In this document: piece after piece, positions 38,301 through 47,840 of the stretch
How positions within the stretch are numbered: position 1 is the first letter of the stretch
How the letters are laid out: every line of letters starts with the position of its first letter
Source of the DNA: an uncultured virus (IMG/VR IMGVR_UViG_3300044679_000029)
Lineage: Duplodnaviria; Heunggongvirae; Uroviricota; Caudoviricetes
Virus record (IMG/VR): IMGVR_UViG_3300044679_000029
Location: 53,102-117,101 of that record
DNA length: 64,000 nucleotides
Reading direction: 5' to 3' (one strand)
Notes under the pieces: model-generated
The model's database searches: none
Told to the model about the DNA's origin: nothing
Seen by the model: only the letters and a program-made list of their open reading frames with translations
Translations under genes and position numbers: made by a program

Positions 38301-38948
38301 ATGTCTAATCCAACACCTCCGCAGAAGTCGCGCGTCCCCACTATAACCCCCGGTGTTAACGCCGATATAGACCGCTTCATGGGTATGATCCCGCCGGATA
38401 ATCTTGCAGCACCACTGCCTCCTGTGCTAAAGCAACCGACAGTGCCACTTCCTGATGAGCCTGTGGCAGCACAAGAGTCGACTGTAAAGCCAGAAGAGAT
38501 TGTGGTTAAGACACCGCATGAAGAATACCTTGAAGCACTAAAGGCCATTAATGTTACGCCAGATCAAGCGGCTAATATCGTCGATAGCCTTATTATACAA
38601 GGTTTCTACGAGGAGACGTTTCTTCTGAATAAGAAATTTCCTGTTAAGTTTCGGTCGCGCGACCAAGGCTCTAATCAGCGCATAGATCGCGCGCTAGCGG
38701 ATCATAAGCCAGAGTATAACTCGTCGTATATGACGCTGGTCGTAACTCATAACATCGCGGCTTCATTAGTTCAATATGGTAAGTTTATATGTCAGCCGTA
38801 CGTCTCAGACGAAGAGTTTGATAAAACTCTAAAGATGGTTCAGAAAATTCCTCAGCCGATTTTTCAACTTCTAGTAGAGCAGTTATCGAAGTTCGACCAG
38901 AAACTATTAACAGTATCTAACTCGGCAGCGGTGATTTCAAATTTTTAG
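38301..38948 (+). CDS. Putative tail assembly chaperone (G-like)
   Basis: Ends in slippery heptamer A AAT TTT followed by TAG; helical 215 aa protein. Confidence 0.6.
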   Translation: MSNPTPPQKSRVPTITPGVNADIDRFMGMIPPDNLAAPLPPVLKQPTVPLPDEPVAAQESTVKPEEIVVKTPHEEYLEALKAINVTPDQAANIVDSLIIQGFYEETFLLNKKFPVKFRSRDQGSNQRIDRALADHKPEYNSSYMTLVVTHNIAASLVQYGKFICQPYVSDEEFDKTLKMVQKIPQPIFQLLVEQLSKFDQKLLTVSNSAAVISNF

Positions 38949-39331
38949 CTCGACCTCTGAATCAAGCTAGGGCGTTTAAGTGGTACAGTGGTCTAACAGA
39001 ATTTCCTAGCATATATGACGTCTCGTTGGTGGGGATGTTACGCAATGAACTTATTGTAAGATTGTGTTACCATGACAGAGAGCGCCAGGTTACTGAGTTA
39101 GACTACTTAGTTAATAGCATCGTGATGACCATAGGCATACCGAAAGAAGACATTCAAAAAAAACTTGCAGCAATGGGTAATTATAAACAACGATATGTCG
39201 AAAATTTGTACATGGATAAGTACAATCCAAATTATGAAAAAGCTAAAGAAAAGATCCAAACGAGTGAATCCGACATCGTCAAAAAGGTCGCTGGACTTGG
39301 TAGATCGGTCACAAAGCCTGGCACTAAATAA
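38939..39331 (+). CDS. -1 frameshift extension (GT-like) of 38301-38948
   Basis: -1 frame is open from the slippery site (FLARPLNQARAFKWYSG...) into track ORF 39026-39331. Confidence 0.65.
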   Translation, partial: KFLARPLNQARAFKWYSGLTEFPSIYDVSLVGMLRNELIVRLCYHDRERQVTELDYLVNSIVMTIGIPKEDIQKKLAAMGNYKQRYVENLYMDKYNPNYEKAKEKIQTSESDIVKKVAGLGRSVTKPGTK

Positions 39332-39692
39332 GGTCTTAGACAAAGTAGTCCTGTTAGAGCCGTATGACCTGGTAACTCAGATGTATAAGAGTGTTGGTAT
39401 TAAAGCCGCGATCAAGACGCTTTTAGAAACACCTGAGGTCTCTGCGCTGCTAGAACTTGCTGTTGATAAATCAGTGCAACAGAAACTTGGAGCACGACTT
39501 ATATATGAGTCTAAAATTTGTGCTAAGAGTCCTGTATGGACAGTGCCGTCACCATTTGAATACAGTATTAGTTCTTATATCGCCGTGTTACTTACTGTCG
39601 CGCCAGAATATAATGACATTGTAGCTCTGTGTATGCTTATATGTAAGGGGCTAGTTATGCCGCATAAAATTTATGCGGAATTAAGTAAATAA
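39165..39692 (+). CDS. Hypothetical protein (start uncertain, probably downstream of 39300)
   Basis: Open frame fills the gap up to the next promoter. Confidence 0.4.
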   Translation: MQQWVIINNDMSKICTWISTIQIMKKLKKRSKRVNPTSSKRSLDLVDRSQSLALNKVLDKVVLLEPYDLVTQMYKSVGIKAAIKTLLETPEVSALLELAVDKSVQQKLGARLIYESKICAKSPVWTVPSPFEYSISSYIAVLLTVAPEYNDIVALCMLICKGLVMPHKIYAELSK

Positions 39693-39694
39693 GT

Positions 39695-39723
39695 TTGACT
39701 TTGGTTCGTATACGTATTAGTAT
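39695..39723 (+). promoter_or_regulatory. Sigma70-type promoter
   Basis: TTGACT-17 nt-TAGTAT, then AGGAG and ATG 39744. Confidence 0.6.
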
Positions 39724-39743
39724 AAAGTCATAGGAGATAGCAA

Positions 39744-40013
39744 ATGGCAAAGCCAAGTAATTCAGTTCAAACAGAAGTAGTTTATAAGTGTGATAAGTCT
39801 GGTCCCGGGTTTTTAACCCAGATTGTAGGCGGACCCGGAAAGCGTCTTAGTTTTAAGTGTGACCATTGTGGACTTACTATGTTTCCGGTCTTCCCTACCA
39901 TGAGCGTATCCGCCCACGGTAAGACTAAGGTGACCATTGGTCATACTCTTTTATCCGCTAGGCAATTAGGCGTGTCAGAAAGTGTAAAGCCACAGCCAAC
40001 CAAGGCTAAGTAG
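39744..40013 (+). CDS. Small zinc-ribbon-like protein
   Basis: YKCDKS...FKCDHCG; AGGAG RBS. Confidence 0.6.
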   Translation: MAKPSNSVQTEVVYKCDKSGPGFLTQIVGGPGKRLSFKCDHCGLTMFPVFPTMSVSAHGKTKVTIGHTLLSARQLGVSESVKPQPTKAK

Positions 40014-40014
40014 A

Positions 40015-40596
40015 GTGATCGCCAGCGAAGAGGCCGATAGCGGCTTTATTTTATACACGCATTCAAATGACGTAACTACAGCCCTATTCAAACTGGGTTT
40101 TAAACCTGATAACCAGTATACTCACGAGAATATAACTCTATTCCGATATACTCTGCCGAATAAAGATATTCTCAAAAATCCTGTTCTCGCCAAGTCTGTT
40201 ATGGAATCAGCGATGGATCTTAAGCATATTATTAGGCGACTTGCCTTTCCTCTATACACTGTAGGCGATGACACCGGAGTTTTTCAGTGTACAGACGCTA
40301 CTAGCGATTCATATTTGGGCCTCTCGCGCGATCCGGTGCTGCTCGATGAAATATTACAAAAATCGAGTAATTCTGGTATAAGTATTAGTACAATAACTAT
40401 CGCTAATTATCAAGACTTATATGATACTCTAAAAGGTTTTCAAGAAAGCGGAATCAAGCACGTTGTACGATTTTTAGACGCAACCATAGTAGAGAAGTAC
40501 AAGTTAGAAACCGTATTAATTGCAGTAAGTTTTATGCTTGAAGACACGCCACACGACCCGTTAAGTGTAGTTACTGCAACTCCTACAAAAGATTAA
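40015..40596 (+). CDS. Hypothetical protein
   Basis: 193 aa ORF contiguous in the operon. Confidence 0.6.
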   Translation: MIASEEADSGFILYTHSNDVTTALFKLGFKPDNQYTHENITLFRYTLPNKDILKNPVLAKSVMESAMDLKHIIRRLAFPLYTVGDDTGVFQCTDATSDSYLGLSRDPVLLDEILQKSSNSGISISTITIANYQDLYDTLKGFQESGIKHVVRFLDATIVEKYKLETVLIAVSFMLEDTPHDPLSVVTATPTKD

Positions 40597-40605
40597 GGAC
40601 CTCCA

Positions 40606-40917
40606 TTGAGGTTTAAATTTTCGATGAGTCTTCCCTTCTGGGAAAAGACTATTGCGTACGTATCACAAAACCCAATTCCAACGTACAACTTTGAAGTTAC
40701 AGGTGATACTGATTACCAGACTATCACCTGTTCAAGTATTATTAGTGGACTGCTATACACATTAAAATCTAATGAGGTGGCGCCGTCTACTTCTGGGTAT
40801 ACAACTACCCCTGTTGTGATGGGTATGGCTTCACTTTTAGGTGAGTGGACCGATAAAGAATTTACAGACAAGTTGGGGGAGTTATTTAACGCTATTGACT
40901 CGGTTATTAGACTATGA
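40606..40917 (+). CDS. Hypothetical protein
   Basis: 103 aa ORF, AAGGA RBS. Confidence 0.55.
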   Translation: MRFKFSMSLPFWEKTIAYVSQNPIPTYNFEVTGDTDYQTITCSSIISGLLYTLKSNEVAPSTSGYTTTPVVMGMASLLGEWTDKEFTDKLGELFNAIDSVIRL

Positions 40918-41141
40918 TGATTGTTTTGTTAGAGGAGTCAGCTTACTCAGCATATGATTTTTGGATCTCGCAAGCTATAGCTCTCAGAGATGACGCTGAT
41001 CTTGGGTTGTACTCAGTGCATTTCAAGGATGAGACAGACGCACATAAGTATTCAGTACTTATTAGAAAAACTCTAAATATACTATACAGTAACACCGGAG
41101 AACTAGATTCCGCAATTCTTGGTGCATGGTTTAATCTATGA
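40914..41141 (+). CDS. MFxxIY-family small protein (divergent)
   Basis: KYSVLIRKTLNILY...WFNL; 3' junction identical to member 58441-58638. Confidence 0.55.
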   Translation: MMIVLLEESAYSAYDFWISQAIALRDDADLGLYSVHFKDETDAHKYSVLIRKTLNILYSNTGELDSAILGAWFNL

Positions 41142-41473
41142 CTAGATTAAGGTCAGCCATATTTACAAAGATTCAAAAGTATTTAAGTAAACCAAGTAAA
41201 AATGAAACGTTCGAAATAAAAGACGGTATTCTGATGCTTAAAAATACTGACTTACCGATACAACATTTGCTCACAGAAATGGGTATTGGTTATACCATCT
41301 ATGATATAGCCGACAGTGAAGGTGTCTTACCAGAAACTATTCAACAAGCTCTAAAAGATCTAGCCACCATATTTGGTGACGATACTACAAAAAATCCAGC
41401 GGAAATAGGTTCTTTTAAGGAACTATTTAAACTATTATATGAAGCTGGATTAGACAGATTAGGACCACGATGA
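41138..41473 (+). CDS. Hypothetical protein, possible HTH
   Basis: GYTIYDIADSEGVLPETIQQAL resembles an HTH. Confidence 0.5.
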   Translation: MTRLRSAIFTKIQKYLSKPSKNETFEIKDGILMLKNTDLPIQHLLTEMGIGYTIYDIADSEGVLPETIQQALKDLATIFGDDTTKNPAEIGSFKELFKLLYEAGLDRLGPR

Positions 41474-41952
41474 AAATAAAAGAAACCTGTAAGCGCTGTG
41501 ACAAAGCCGGACATAATACGAAAGTTAAAATCTCAGTTACTATTAATCCGGCGGATCGTGATACATACTTTAAGTTTTCAAGTCAGTACAAGCTTGATCT
41601 TATAAGTAAGAGAGATGACAGAGCATCGCAGTTATTTATGCCGCCGTCGAAGTATCCGAAGTCGGCACAAGCTCCACTAGTAATTCCTAATAGTTATGAG
41701 AGCCCCTGTGCTCACTGTAAATACGGTGAAGAAACTGTCGGACCTCGTGGGTGCGGTCGGGGTGATAATTGTCTTGCTCTAGCCTGCCATAATTTCCTGA
41801 CGAGTGGCAATATTAAGAACAACTCAGTTGTTACATCGTTTCTAAAAGGAACTCCGAATTGGGATTTGCCAACAAAGAAATACACAAAGAAAGCTATTGG
41901 TACTCCCACTACAGTAGCCGAGTTTGAGAATGCGAAAATCAAAAAAAAGTGA
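41470..41952 (+). CDS. Cys-rich hypothetical protein
   Basis: CKRC..GH, CAHC, C..DNC. Confidence 0.55.
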   Translation: MKIKETCKRCDKAGHNTKVKISVTINPADRDTYFKFSSQYKLDLISKRDDRASQLFMPPSKYPKSAQAPLVIPNSYESPCAHCKYGEETVGPRGCGRGDNCLALACHNFLTSGNIKNNSVVTSFLKGTPNWDLPTKKYTKKAIGTPTTVAEFENAKIKKK

Positions 41953-42187
41953 ACTGGTAACGTGCGCGGTATACTGCGATCGCGGTAATGGTGATTTTGC
42001 TTTATATTCTAACTACGATGTTGAGGTTTCCTGTTATAGCACCATAGTTGCTACTAAAGTAAAATTTAAAGAATTTATTGACAGCGCTAAATACCATGAA
42101 CTACTGTGTGCTAGTTTTAGTCTGATATACAAATATCAGCGCGGTGAGGATGACGGCGCGGTGAATTGCTTTAATCTAGGACGATGA
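41924..42187 (+). CDS. MFxxIY-family small protein (divergent; start uncertain)
   Basis: KYHELLCASFSLIY...CFNL. Confidence 0.55.
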   Translation: MRMRKSKKSELVTCAVYCDRGNGDFALYSNYDVEVSCYSTIVATKVKFKEFIDSAKYHELLCASFSLIYKYQRGEDDGAVNCFNLGR

Positions 42188-42723
42188 TGAACTGTAACTG
42201 TGGTGGGGTTTATAAAATAGGACCCGCTAAACGTTGTACTAAGTGCGGTAAAACAAATAAGCCGGGTGCTATCGCCAAAGAAACAGCATCACTAGAATGT
42301 CAGTCTATGATCAAACAATATGGCATTAAGGGTGACCTGTTTCCAAATATAAAATCACGTATAGAAGCTATAGGCGATGCGTCGACTACAGAAGAAGCTG
42401 AGCGCTTAGGATCACGCGTTGTTAATGCTATGTTTGCGCAATGCCTAGCCGCGTGGGCTGAGGGCAGGGCTGCTGGGCCAGAGACTCCTGAATCGCTTGA
42501 AGTTAAGGCCAAGAAGGCTGAGAGCCTGGCGAAGATGTTACTAAATAAAGATGACGATGCTGGTGCCGAGCGGCAAAAGAAACGCGCTCAAGAATTACGT
42601 GAAAAAGCTAAACAAGGACGGCCTGAAGTAATCATAACTGAATCGCCTAAAGGTCGGCGCTGCGGCAAATGTGGTGGTAACGGCCACAACAGCAGAACAT
42701 GCACAACTCAAACAGGAGATTAA
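42184..42723 (+). CDS. Zinc ribbon + CCHC zinc-knuckle protein
   Basis: N-terminal CNC..CTKC; C-terminal CGKCGGNGHNSRTC (Cx2Cx4Hx4C). Confidence 0.65.
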   Translation: MMNCNCGGVYKIGPAKRCTKCGKTNKPGAIAKETASLECQSMIKQYGIKGDLFPNIKSRIEAIGDASTTEEAERLGSRVVNAMFAQCLAAWAEGRAAGPETPESLEVKAKKAESLAKMLLNKDDDAGAERQKKRAQELREKAKQGRPEVIITESPKGRRCGKCGGNGHNSRTCTTQTGD

Positions 42724-43370
42724 TGTCAACTAAGAAGTTCCGTACAACTATTGTACGAACCGAAGCGGAGAACCTTGAACGAGAAGAACTAATACGTAAG
42801 GCTGCCGATGGCGATGAGATTGCCTTTGAAACTTACTATAAGCAAAATATTAATCTCCTGCGTTCGATCGTAAATCGATGCCATAGACAGTGGCCGAGAG
42901 CTGATGTAGAAAATATCTACCAGGAAGGTCTTATGGGCCTTCTACACGGTATGAAGAAGTACAAATCCGAGAAGCGTAAAACCGGTAGACCCGAATCCTA
43001 CCTATTTAGTTGGGTGCGTGCCTACGCGCGACGGTATTGCGTACAAAACTACCAAGAAGAATCTAATAAAGTTCCGTACGACGAGATTGCTACGAGTGGT
43101 TTCACTACTGCAGAGGACCGAATGGAATACACCGAGCGCTATGGTGATTTTGAAATTCAGGACGCACTTGAGAAATTCTTCAACACACTAAACCCACGTG
43201 ACCAAGTTATCGCTCGCGGGCGATTATGCTATGATACCAAGCGAACACTTAATTCGATTGGTCGAGAATTAGGTGTTTCTCGTGAGCGAATAAGACAGAT
43301 TACTATAGGACTAGTATCTAGGTTCAAGATTTTCGCTGAAAGACATGATGTTGATGTTCATTGGACATAA
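42723..43370 (+). CDS. Sigma70-family factor (regions 2 and 4)
   Basis: LIRKAADGDEIAFE, IYQEGLMGL, SYLFSWVR, RTLNSIGRELGVSRERIRQI; AGGAG RBS. Confidence 0.85.
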   Translation: MSTKKFRTTIVRTEAENLEREELIRKAADGDEIAFETYYKQNINLLRSIVNRCHRQWPRADVENIYQEGLMGLLHGMKKYKSEKRKTGRPESYLFSWVRAYARRYCVQNYQEESNKVPYDEIATSGFTTAEDRMEYTERYGDFEIQDALEKFFNTLNPRDQVIARGRLCYDTKRTLNSIGRELGVSRERIRQITIGLVSRFKIFAERHDVDVHWT

Positions 43371-43372
43371 AT

Positions 43373-43555
43373 ATGTATAATTTTCGTATAACACCATACT
43401 ATACTTTCGATAGATTTTTAATAAGCCCGAACTCTGGTAGAAAAAATCTTACCGAAGGTATGTGGTATAGAGCCATAATCGATATGTTTGATTTAATATA
43501 TCCAGTGGAGTATAGAGAGATTGATGGTCTATTCAATTCTTGGTGGCTAAAGTGA
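43373..43555 (+). CDS. MFxxIY-family small protein
   Basis: WYRAIIDMFDLIY...WWLK. Confidence 0.7.
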   Translation: MYNFRITPYYTFDRFLISPNSGRKNLTEGMWYRAIIDMFDLIYPVEYREIDGLFNSWWLK

Positions 43556-43562
43556 GGTCAAA

Positions 43563-44666
43563 ATGTTACTCGTACAGCAAGCTTTACAGAATGGAACGCA
43601 TACACTCGATTCGCTAAGCCGTGACTTGGGTATTAGTGCAACACGGCATAGTCAACGTAATAATCTTGTGCTACTGAAGTACGACATGACTGAGTCGCCG
43701 ATGGACAACCCACTCGTCCAGGAATGTCGTGGATTGATCTTGGACGAAGATAATAACTGGGCCGTGGTCGCGCATCCGTTCAACAAGTTCTTTAACGTTG
43801 GTGAGCCCAACGCAGCAAAGATTGATTGGAACACAGCTAGGGTTCAAGAGAAGGTTGACGGCTCATTGATCTTTATGTATTGCTATAACTTCAAGTGGGA
43901 GATCTCCTCTTCTGGGATGCCAGATGCTGGCGGAAACATCAACGACTCAGCTACTTCGTTTCGCGAGTTGTTTACTCGAACTTTTCATGAACTGGATATG
44001 AAACTCCCGGATCTCGGTCTTGGGTATTATACCTATATGTTCGAGATGATGTCTCCGTTTAATCGTGTGGTTGTTCAGCAGCCAAAAGCTGATATTGTAT
44101 TTCTTGGTGCGCGAAACAATATCACTGGTCAAGAAATATCTCCAGATGAGTGTGGCTGTAGTGAACGAAACTGGAAGCCGGTTCGTCAGTTTGATCTCAA
44201 GACTGAAGCCGATGTTATAGCTACTCTTGAACCTATGAAGGGCCTTGATCAAGAGGGTTATGTTGTTGTGGACGCGAACTTCAATCGAATCAAAGTGAAG
44301 TGTCCAGACTACCGCCGTCTTCATAGGCTCCGGGGTAACGGTAATTTATCGCCGAAGGGTATTTTGGATCTTGTTCGTCTCGGTAATACGGATGAGATTC
44401 TTGCGTCGTTTCCGGAATTTAGTAAGCCATTTGAACGCGTACAGTCGCGGTATGATGCTCTTGTAGATGAGCTAAATGCTGTTTATGCTGGTATAAGAGA
44501 CTTGAAGATTCAGAAAGACTTTGCCCTTGAAGCGGTAAAGCACCGGTGCAGTGGCGCACTATTTCAGTTGCGTGCCGGGCGCGTCACAAACGTAAAGCAG
44601 TTTTTGTCAACGATGGTGTTGGATAACCTAGCAGACACTCTTGAGTTAAAGAGTTTGGAGTTCTAG
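43563..44666 (+). CDS. RNA ligase, T4 Rnl1-like
   Basis: ECRGLILD, FNKFFN, EKVDGS, MFE, EGYVV, KVK. Confidence 0.88.
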   Translation: MLLVQQALQNGTHTLDSLSRDLGISATRHSQRNNLVLLKYDMTESPMDNPLVQECRGLILDEDNNWAVVAHPFNKFFNVGEPNAAKIDWNTARVQEKVDGSLIFMYCYNFKWEISSSGMPDAGGNINDSATSFRELFTRTFHELDMKLPDLGLGYYTYMFEMMSPFNRVVVQQPKADIVFLGARNNITGQEISPDECGCSERNWKPVRQFDLKTEADVIATLEPMKGLDQEGYVVVDANFNRIKVKCPDYRRLHRLRGNGNLSPKGILDLVRLGNTDEILASFPEFSKPFERVQSRYDALVDELNAVYAGIRDLKIQKDFALEAVKHRCSGALFQLRAGRVTNVKQFLSTMVLDNLADTLELKSLEF

Positions 44667-46123
44667 TGGCTCAGGTAGCAAAAACACAAAAAGTCAAAGG
44701 CCTACTTGCATTAAAGAATTCGACCGTGTGGAGTGACGAAGTTCCGCATTTTCGTGTTATCACAAACGACCTGGAACTAACGAACTTCCTTAAGTGCGGG
44801 AAGGGCTTGCGCGATGTAGATTACCCCATATTCGCGCGACCCTGTCCTATCACTCCGCGGCATGGATTTGTTGATTCAACAGTTGTAAACAGTAATAAGG
44901 AACTTAAGGCACTTTGGGTAGCTGCACGTAAAGTTGACCCGCAGGCTGAAATGATTCTTATGAAGCCGGTTGATTGCGTTGCATCGGCTATTCTTACTGA
45001 AAATAAAATCAGTGTTGGTCCAAGTAACGACGGTGCGACGTCAGGTAAGAATACGGTTAATTTGCCGCTATCTAGTCTTACTGTGGTTAGCGAGTATATC
45101 TCAGATTTAGCTGGGGTCAAAGACACAGCATATATCGAAGCGCTATTTCCCAGCGACCATGATGGTCAATTCGCCGTACAGTTGCGGGATGGACCTGCGT
45201 GTAAGACAAATGGTAACCAAATACCCAAGACGACTAAGGTGAAGAAGATCGTAACTACCAGTAGCTGTCATGATCTTCTTGCTTGGGAATCACTGATGGC
45301 GAAGGCTAAAGCCGGTACTGTTGTATACCACAAAGGCGGAAGTCCCCTATCACACTATTCCGTTCATGCCATCTTGAATGATATACCGGTGATTTTCGAC
45401 AAGCCGCCAAAGATTGGTAGCGTATTGAAGGCGAGCAAGAATGCCAATAAGCAATCATTTCCGGTAGAAACTTGTAAAGGCATACATGACGGATTCTCAA
45501 CACAGCTGTGTGTTAAGGATTGTGGTAAAGTCCTTACATTTGCTGTGATGAGTGCACATCATGCTCTTGCTATGATGAACGACCAGGAAGGTAGTTATCT
45601 TGTTGGCGTTGGCGCAGCGCTAATGGTTAGATTAGCTTATACCGCGTGCCTCGGCGAGAATCGGTATTTTACGCATAGGGGTAGTAGAGATGGAATTTAC
45701 AAGAAGGTCTTAACCAAGTACGCCGACAACCGAAAGAGGATGGTACAAGCATATAAGAACTTTAATCTTGATGATGATGATGACTATTTCGATGTTGGTG
45801 GTGCCCCTTGGCGATTATGCGCAAAGACGGCAATACAGTTAGAAAATAGTCTAATAGCATACAGCAAAAAGCCGAATAGAAAAACACTTGAAAAGACTGT
45901 GGCAATCATGCATAATCTTATCAATTGTACCCATAATAATGGATATCTATTCGATAAGTTTGACGGGTACGGTTATCGTTGTGCGAATACGTTTGATCAA
46001 CATGCAGACGGTGATCCTAACGCCGTATTAGATAGTGCTAAGAATTACTATGAGTGGAAACAGTCGTTTCATGTTAGCAAGCATGTTAACCCCAGGAAGA
46101 TGAAACCGGTGATGGCAATATGA
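44666..46123 (+). CDS. PEP-utilising-enzyme mobile (phosphohistidine) domain protein
   Basis: GGSPLSHYSVHAILNDIPVI swivel motif; N-terminal FARPCP..PRHGFVDS..VQLRDGP. Confidence 0.6.
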   Translation: MAQVAKTQKVKGLLALKNSTVWSDEVPHFRVITNDLELTNFLKCGKGLRDVDYPIFARPCPITPRHGFVDSTVVNSNKELKALWVAARKVDPQAEMILMKPVDCVASAILTENKISVGPSNDGATSGKNTVNLPLSSLTVVSEYISDLAGVKDTAYIEALFPSDHDGQFAVQLRDGPACKTNGNQIPKTTKVKKIVTTSSCHDLLAWESLMAKAKAGTVVYHKGGSPLSHYSVHAILNDIPVIFDKPPKIGSVLKASKNANKQSFPVETCKGIHDGFSTQLCVKDCGKVLTFAVMSAHHALAMMNDQEGSYLVGVGAALMVRLAYTACLGENRYFTHRGSRDGIYKKVLTKYADNRKRMVQAYKNFNLDDDDDYFDVGGAPWRLCAKTAIQLENSLIAYSKKPNRKTLEKTVAIMHNLINCTHNNGYLFDKFDGYGYRCANTFDQHADGDPNAVLDSAKNYYEWKQSFHVSKHVNPRKMKPVMAI

Positions 46124-46887
46124 TTAATAAGTTTGAAAATACTGTAAAGAAGATAGAGGAGAGATTATCGACACCGACGTCTACCACAACTAAGCCCGCT
46201 ATAACCTGGAGTCAGATGGACCACGAAGGTGGTGTCACCGAAACTTCGACTGGTGATCGTATCGTATCGGAGAAGTTCGATAAGTCTAGTAAGGTTGAAG
46301 TGATTGAGGAGGATTGGCCTACCGAGGTAAAGAGTTCGACACCTGCGCGCGATAACGGCGGCTGGAATAGTAGTAAAGTCTACAGCGGTTTTAGTTTTGC
46401 AAAAGACTGCCATAAGGTATATAGCCCGGATAAGCACTCTCCACTATTTACTATAAGTAAATCCAAGATATATCCTGGTAGGTTGTCTGAGCTATCGGAC
46501 AGCGGTTCGTGGAATCTCGTGATTGATTGTGCTAATGGCCAATATCGTAGTGGTGGGTATTACGCCCCCATGGAGTATCAGGATCTGGAAAAGTATGTTA
46601 TTCCTGTCATTACGCTTCCGTGGGAAGACATGTCACCTCCGCCTGTGCAGCCAGAATTCTGGATCAATCTCGTTAAGAGACTGCCGCCAGGTAACATTGG
46701 CGTTGGTTGCGTTGGTGGTCATGGTCGTACTGGTACCGCTATTGCGGCTATGTTAATATGTAGTACAAGTAAAAATGCTACTCAGGCTATCCGTTGGGTG
46801 CGTAGGGAATACTGCGAAAGCGCCATCGAAAATGATGCGCAGGAGAAGTATCTATTTGTACTTGAAAAGAAGCTAGGACGTAAGTAA
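46120..46887 (+). CDS. Protein-tyrosine / dual-specificity phosphatase
   Basis: CVGGHGRTG (Cx5R), LPWEDMSPP, AIRWVR, AIENDAQ. Confidence 0.85.
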   Translation: MINKFENTVKKIEERLSTPTSTTTKPAITWSQMDHEGGVTETSTGDRIVSEKFDKSSKVEVIEEDWPTEVKSSTPARDNGGWNSSKVYSGFSFAKDCHKVYSPDKHSPLFTISKSKIYPGRLSELSDSGSWNLVIDCANGQYRSGGYYAPMEYQDLEKYVIPVITLPWEDMSPPPVQPEFWINLVKRLPPGNIGVGCVGGHGRTGTAIAAMLICSTSKNATQAIRWVRREYCESAIENDAQEKYLFVLEKKLGRK

Positions 46888-46934
46888 TAAACCTGTACAA
46901 GGATGTTATCATCCGACGTACAATTTTGAGACAA

Positions 46935-47171
46935 ATGCTTACTGGCTATAAAGATACGTTCTGTGTTACTGTCGATGACAGGGCACCTAGTTGTGCTATT
47001 ACTACTAGGATTAACAAACAAGAAATAACGCATAAAAGCGTGGTGGGATTCAACACAAAGGAATCCAGTTTTAAATATATAGATCTTTGCATCGAAATGT
47101 TTGAGACTATATATTATGGGCGATACAGTAAACTAGACTACGAACATCTAAACAGATTTGAGATAAAATGA
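46935..47171 (+). CDS. MFxxIY-family small protein
   Basis: KYIDLCIEMFETIY...FEIK. Confidence 0.7.
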   Translation: MLTGYKDTFCVTVDDRAPSCAITTRINKQEITHKSVVGFNTKESSFKYIDLCIEMFETIYYGRYSKLDYEHLNRFEIK

Positions 47172-47656
47172 TACGACAAATTATTATCTGGCCTGATAAG
47201 CGTTTAACGCAACTCGCTGAGCCAGTTACAGAATTTAATGATGAACTAAAGCAACTTGCTGATGACCTGGTTGAGACCATGGTGGCCTATGATGGTAAGG
47301 GTTTGGCGGCGACTCAGGTCGGCGTCATGAAGAGCGTGATTGTGGTTAGTATGGACAACAAGCCCACAGTTTTTGTTAATCCCGCGTATTCTTCCGAAAA
47401 GGGTGAAAAACAAACACTACAAGAGGGTTGCCTTTCAGTTCCTAATGTTTTTGAACGCATTGAACGGCTGTCTGACGTCCGCGTTATCGCGCAAGATGTA
47501 CTAGGTAACGACATGCCGCCGATGTATCTAAAGGGATACGACGCTGTCGCCGTGCAGCACGAGTGTGATCATCTTGAGGGCAAGATGTTTACCGATTATA
47601 TTAGCTCGCTGAAGAGAAGTCTTATTAAATCAAAGATGAAGAAATACAAGAGGTAA
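47168..47656 (+). CDS. def: Peptide deformylase
   Basis: GKGLAATQVG, EGCLS, QHECDHL. Confidence 0.93.
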   Translation: MIRQIIIWPDKRLTQLAEPVTEFNDELKQLADDLVETMVAYDGKGLAATQVGVMKSVIVVSMDNKPTVFVNPAYSSEKGEKQTLQEGCLSVPNVFERIERLSDVRVIAQDVLGNDMPPMYLKGYDAVAVQHECDHLEGKMFTDYISSLKRSLIKSKMKKYKR

Positions 47657-47657
47657 T

Positions 47658-47840
47658 ATGAAGTACGTAATTGCGGCAGTAGCTATTCTGTGGGCCGGGT
47701 GTATTACTGTCAAATTTTCACCTCTACCGGTTGTATTAAGCTGGGGTGGTATAACACCAGATGCTAATCTTGTTAAAGTTAAGAACCCGGGCACGGACGG
47801 TGGAGTCGCTGAGATACATAAATGTCTGAAACAAAACTAA
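47658..47840 (+). CDS. Small putative lipoprotein
   Basis: MKYVIAAVAILWAG-C lipobox-like signal. Confidence 0.5.
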   Translation: MKYVIAAVAILWAGCITVKFSPLPVVLSWGGITPDANLVKVKNPGTDGGVAEIHKCLKQN

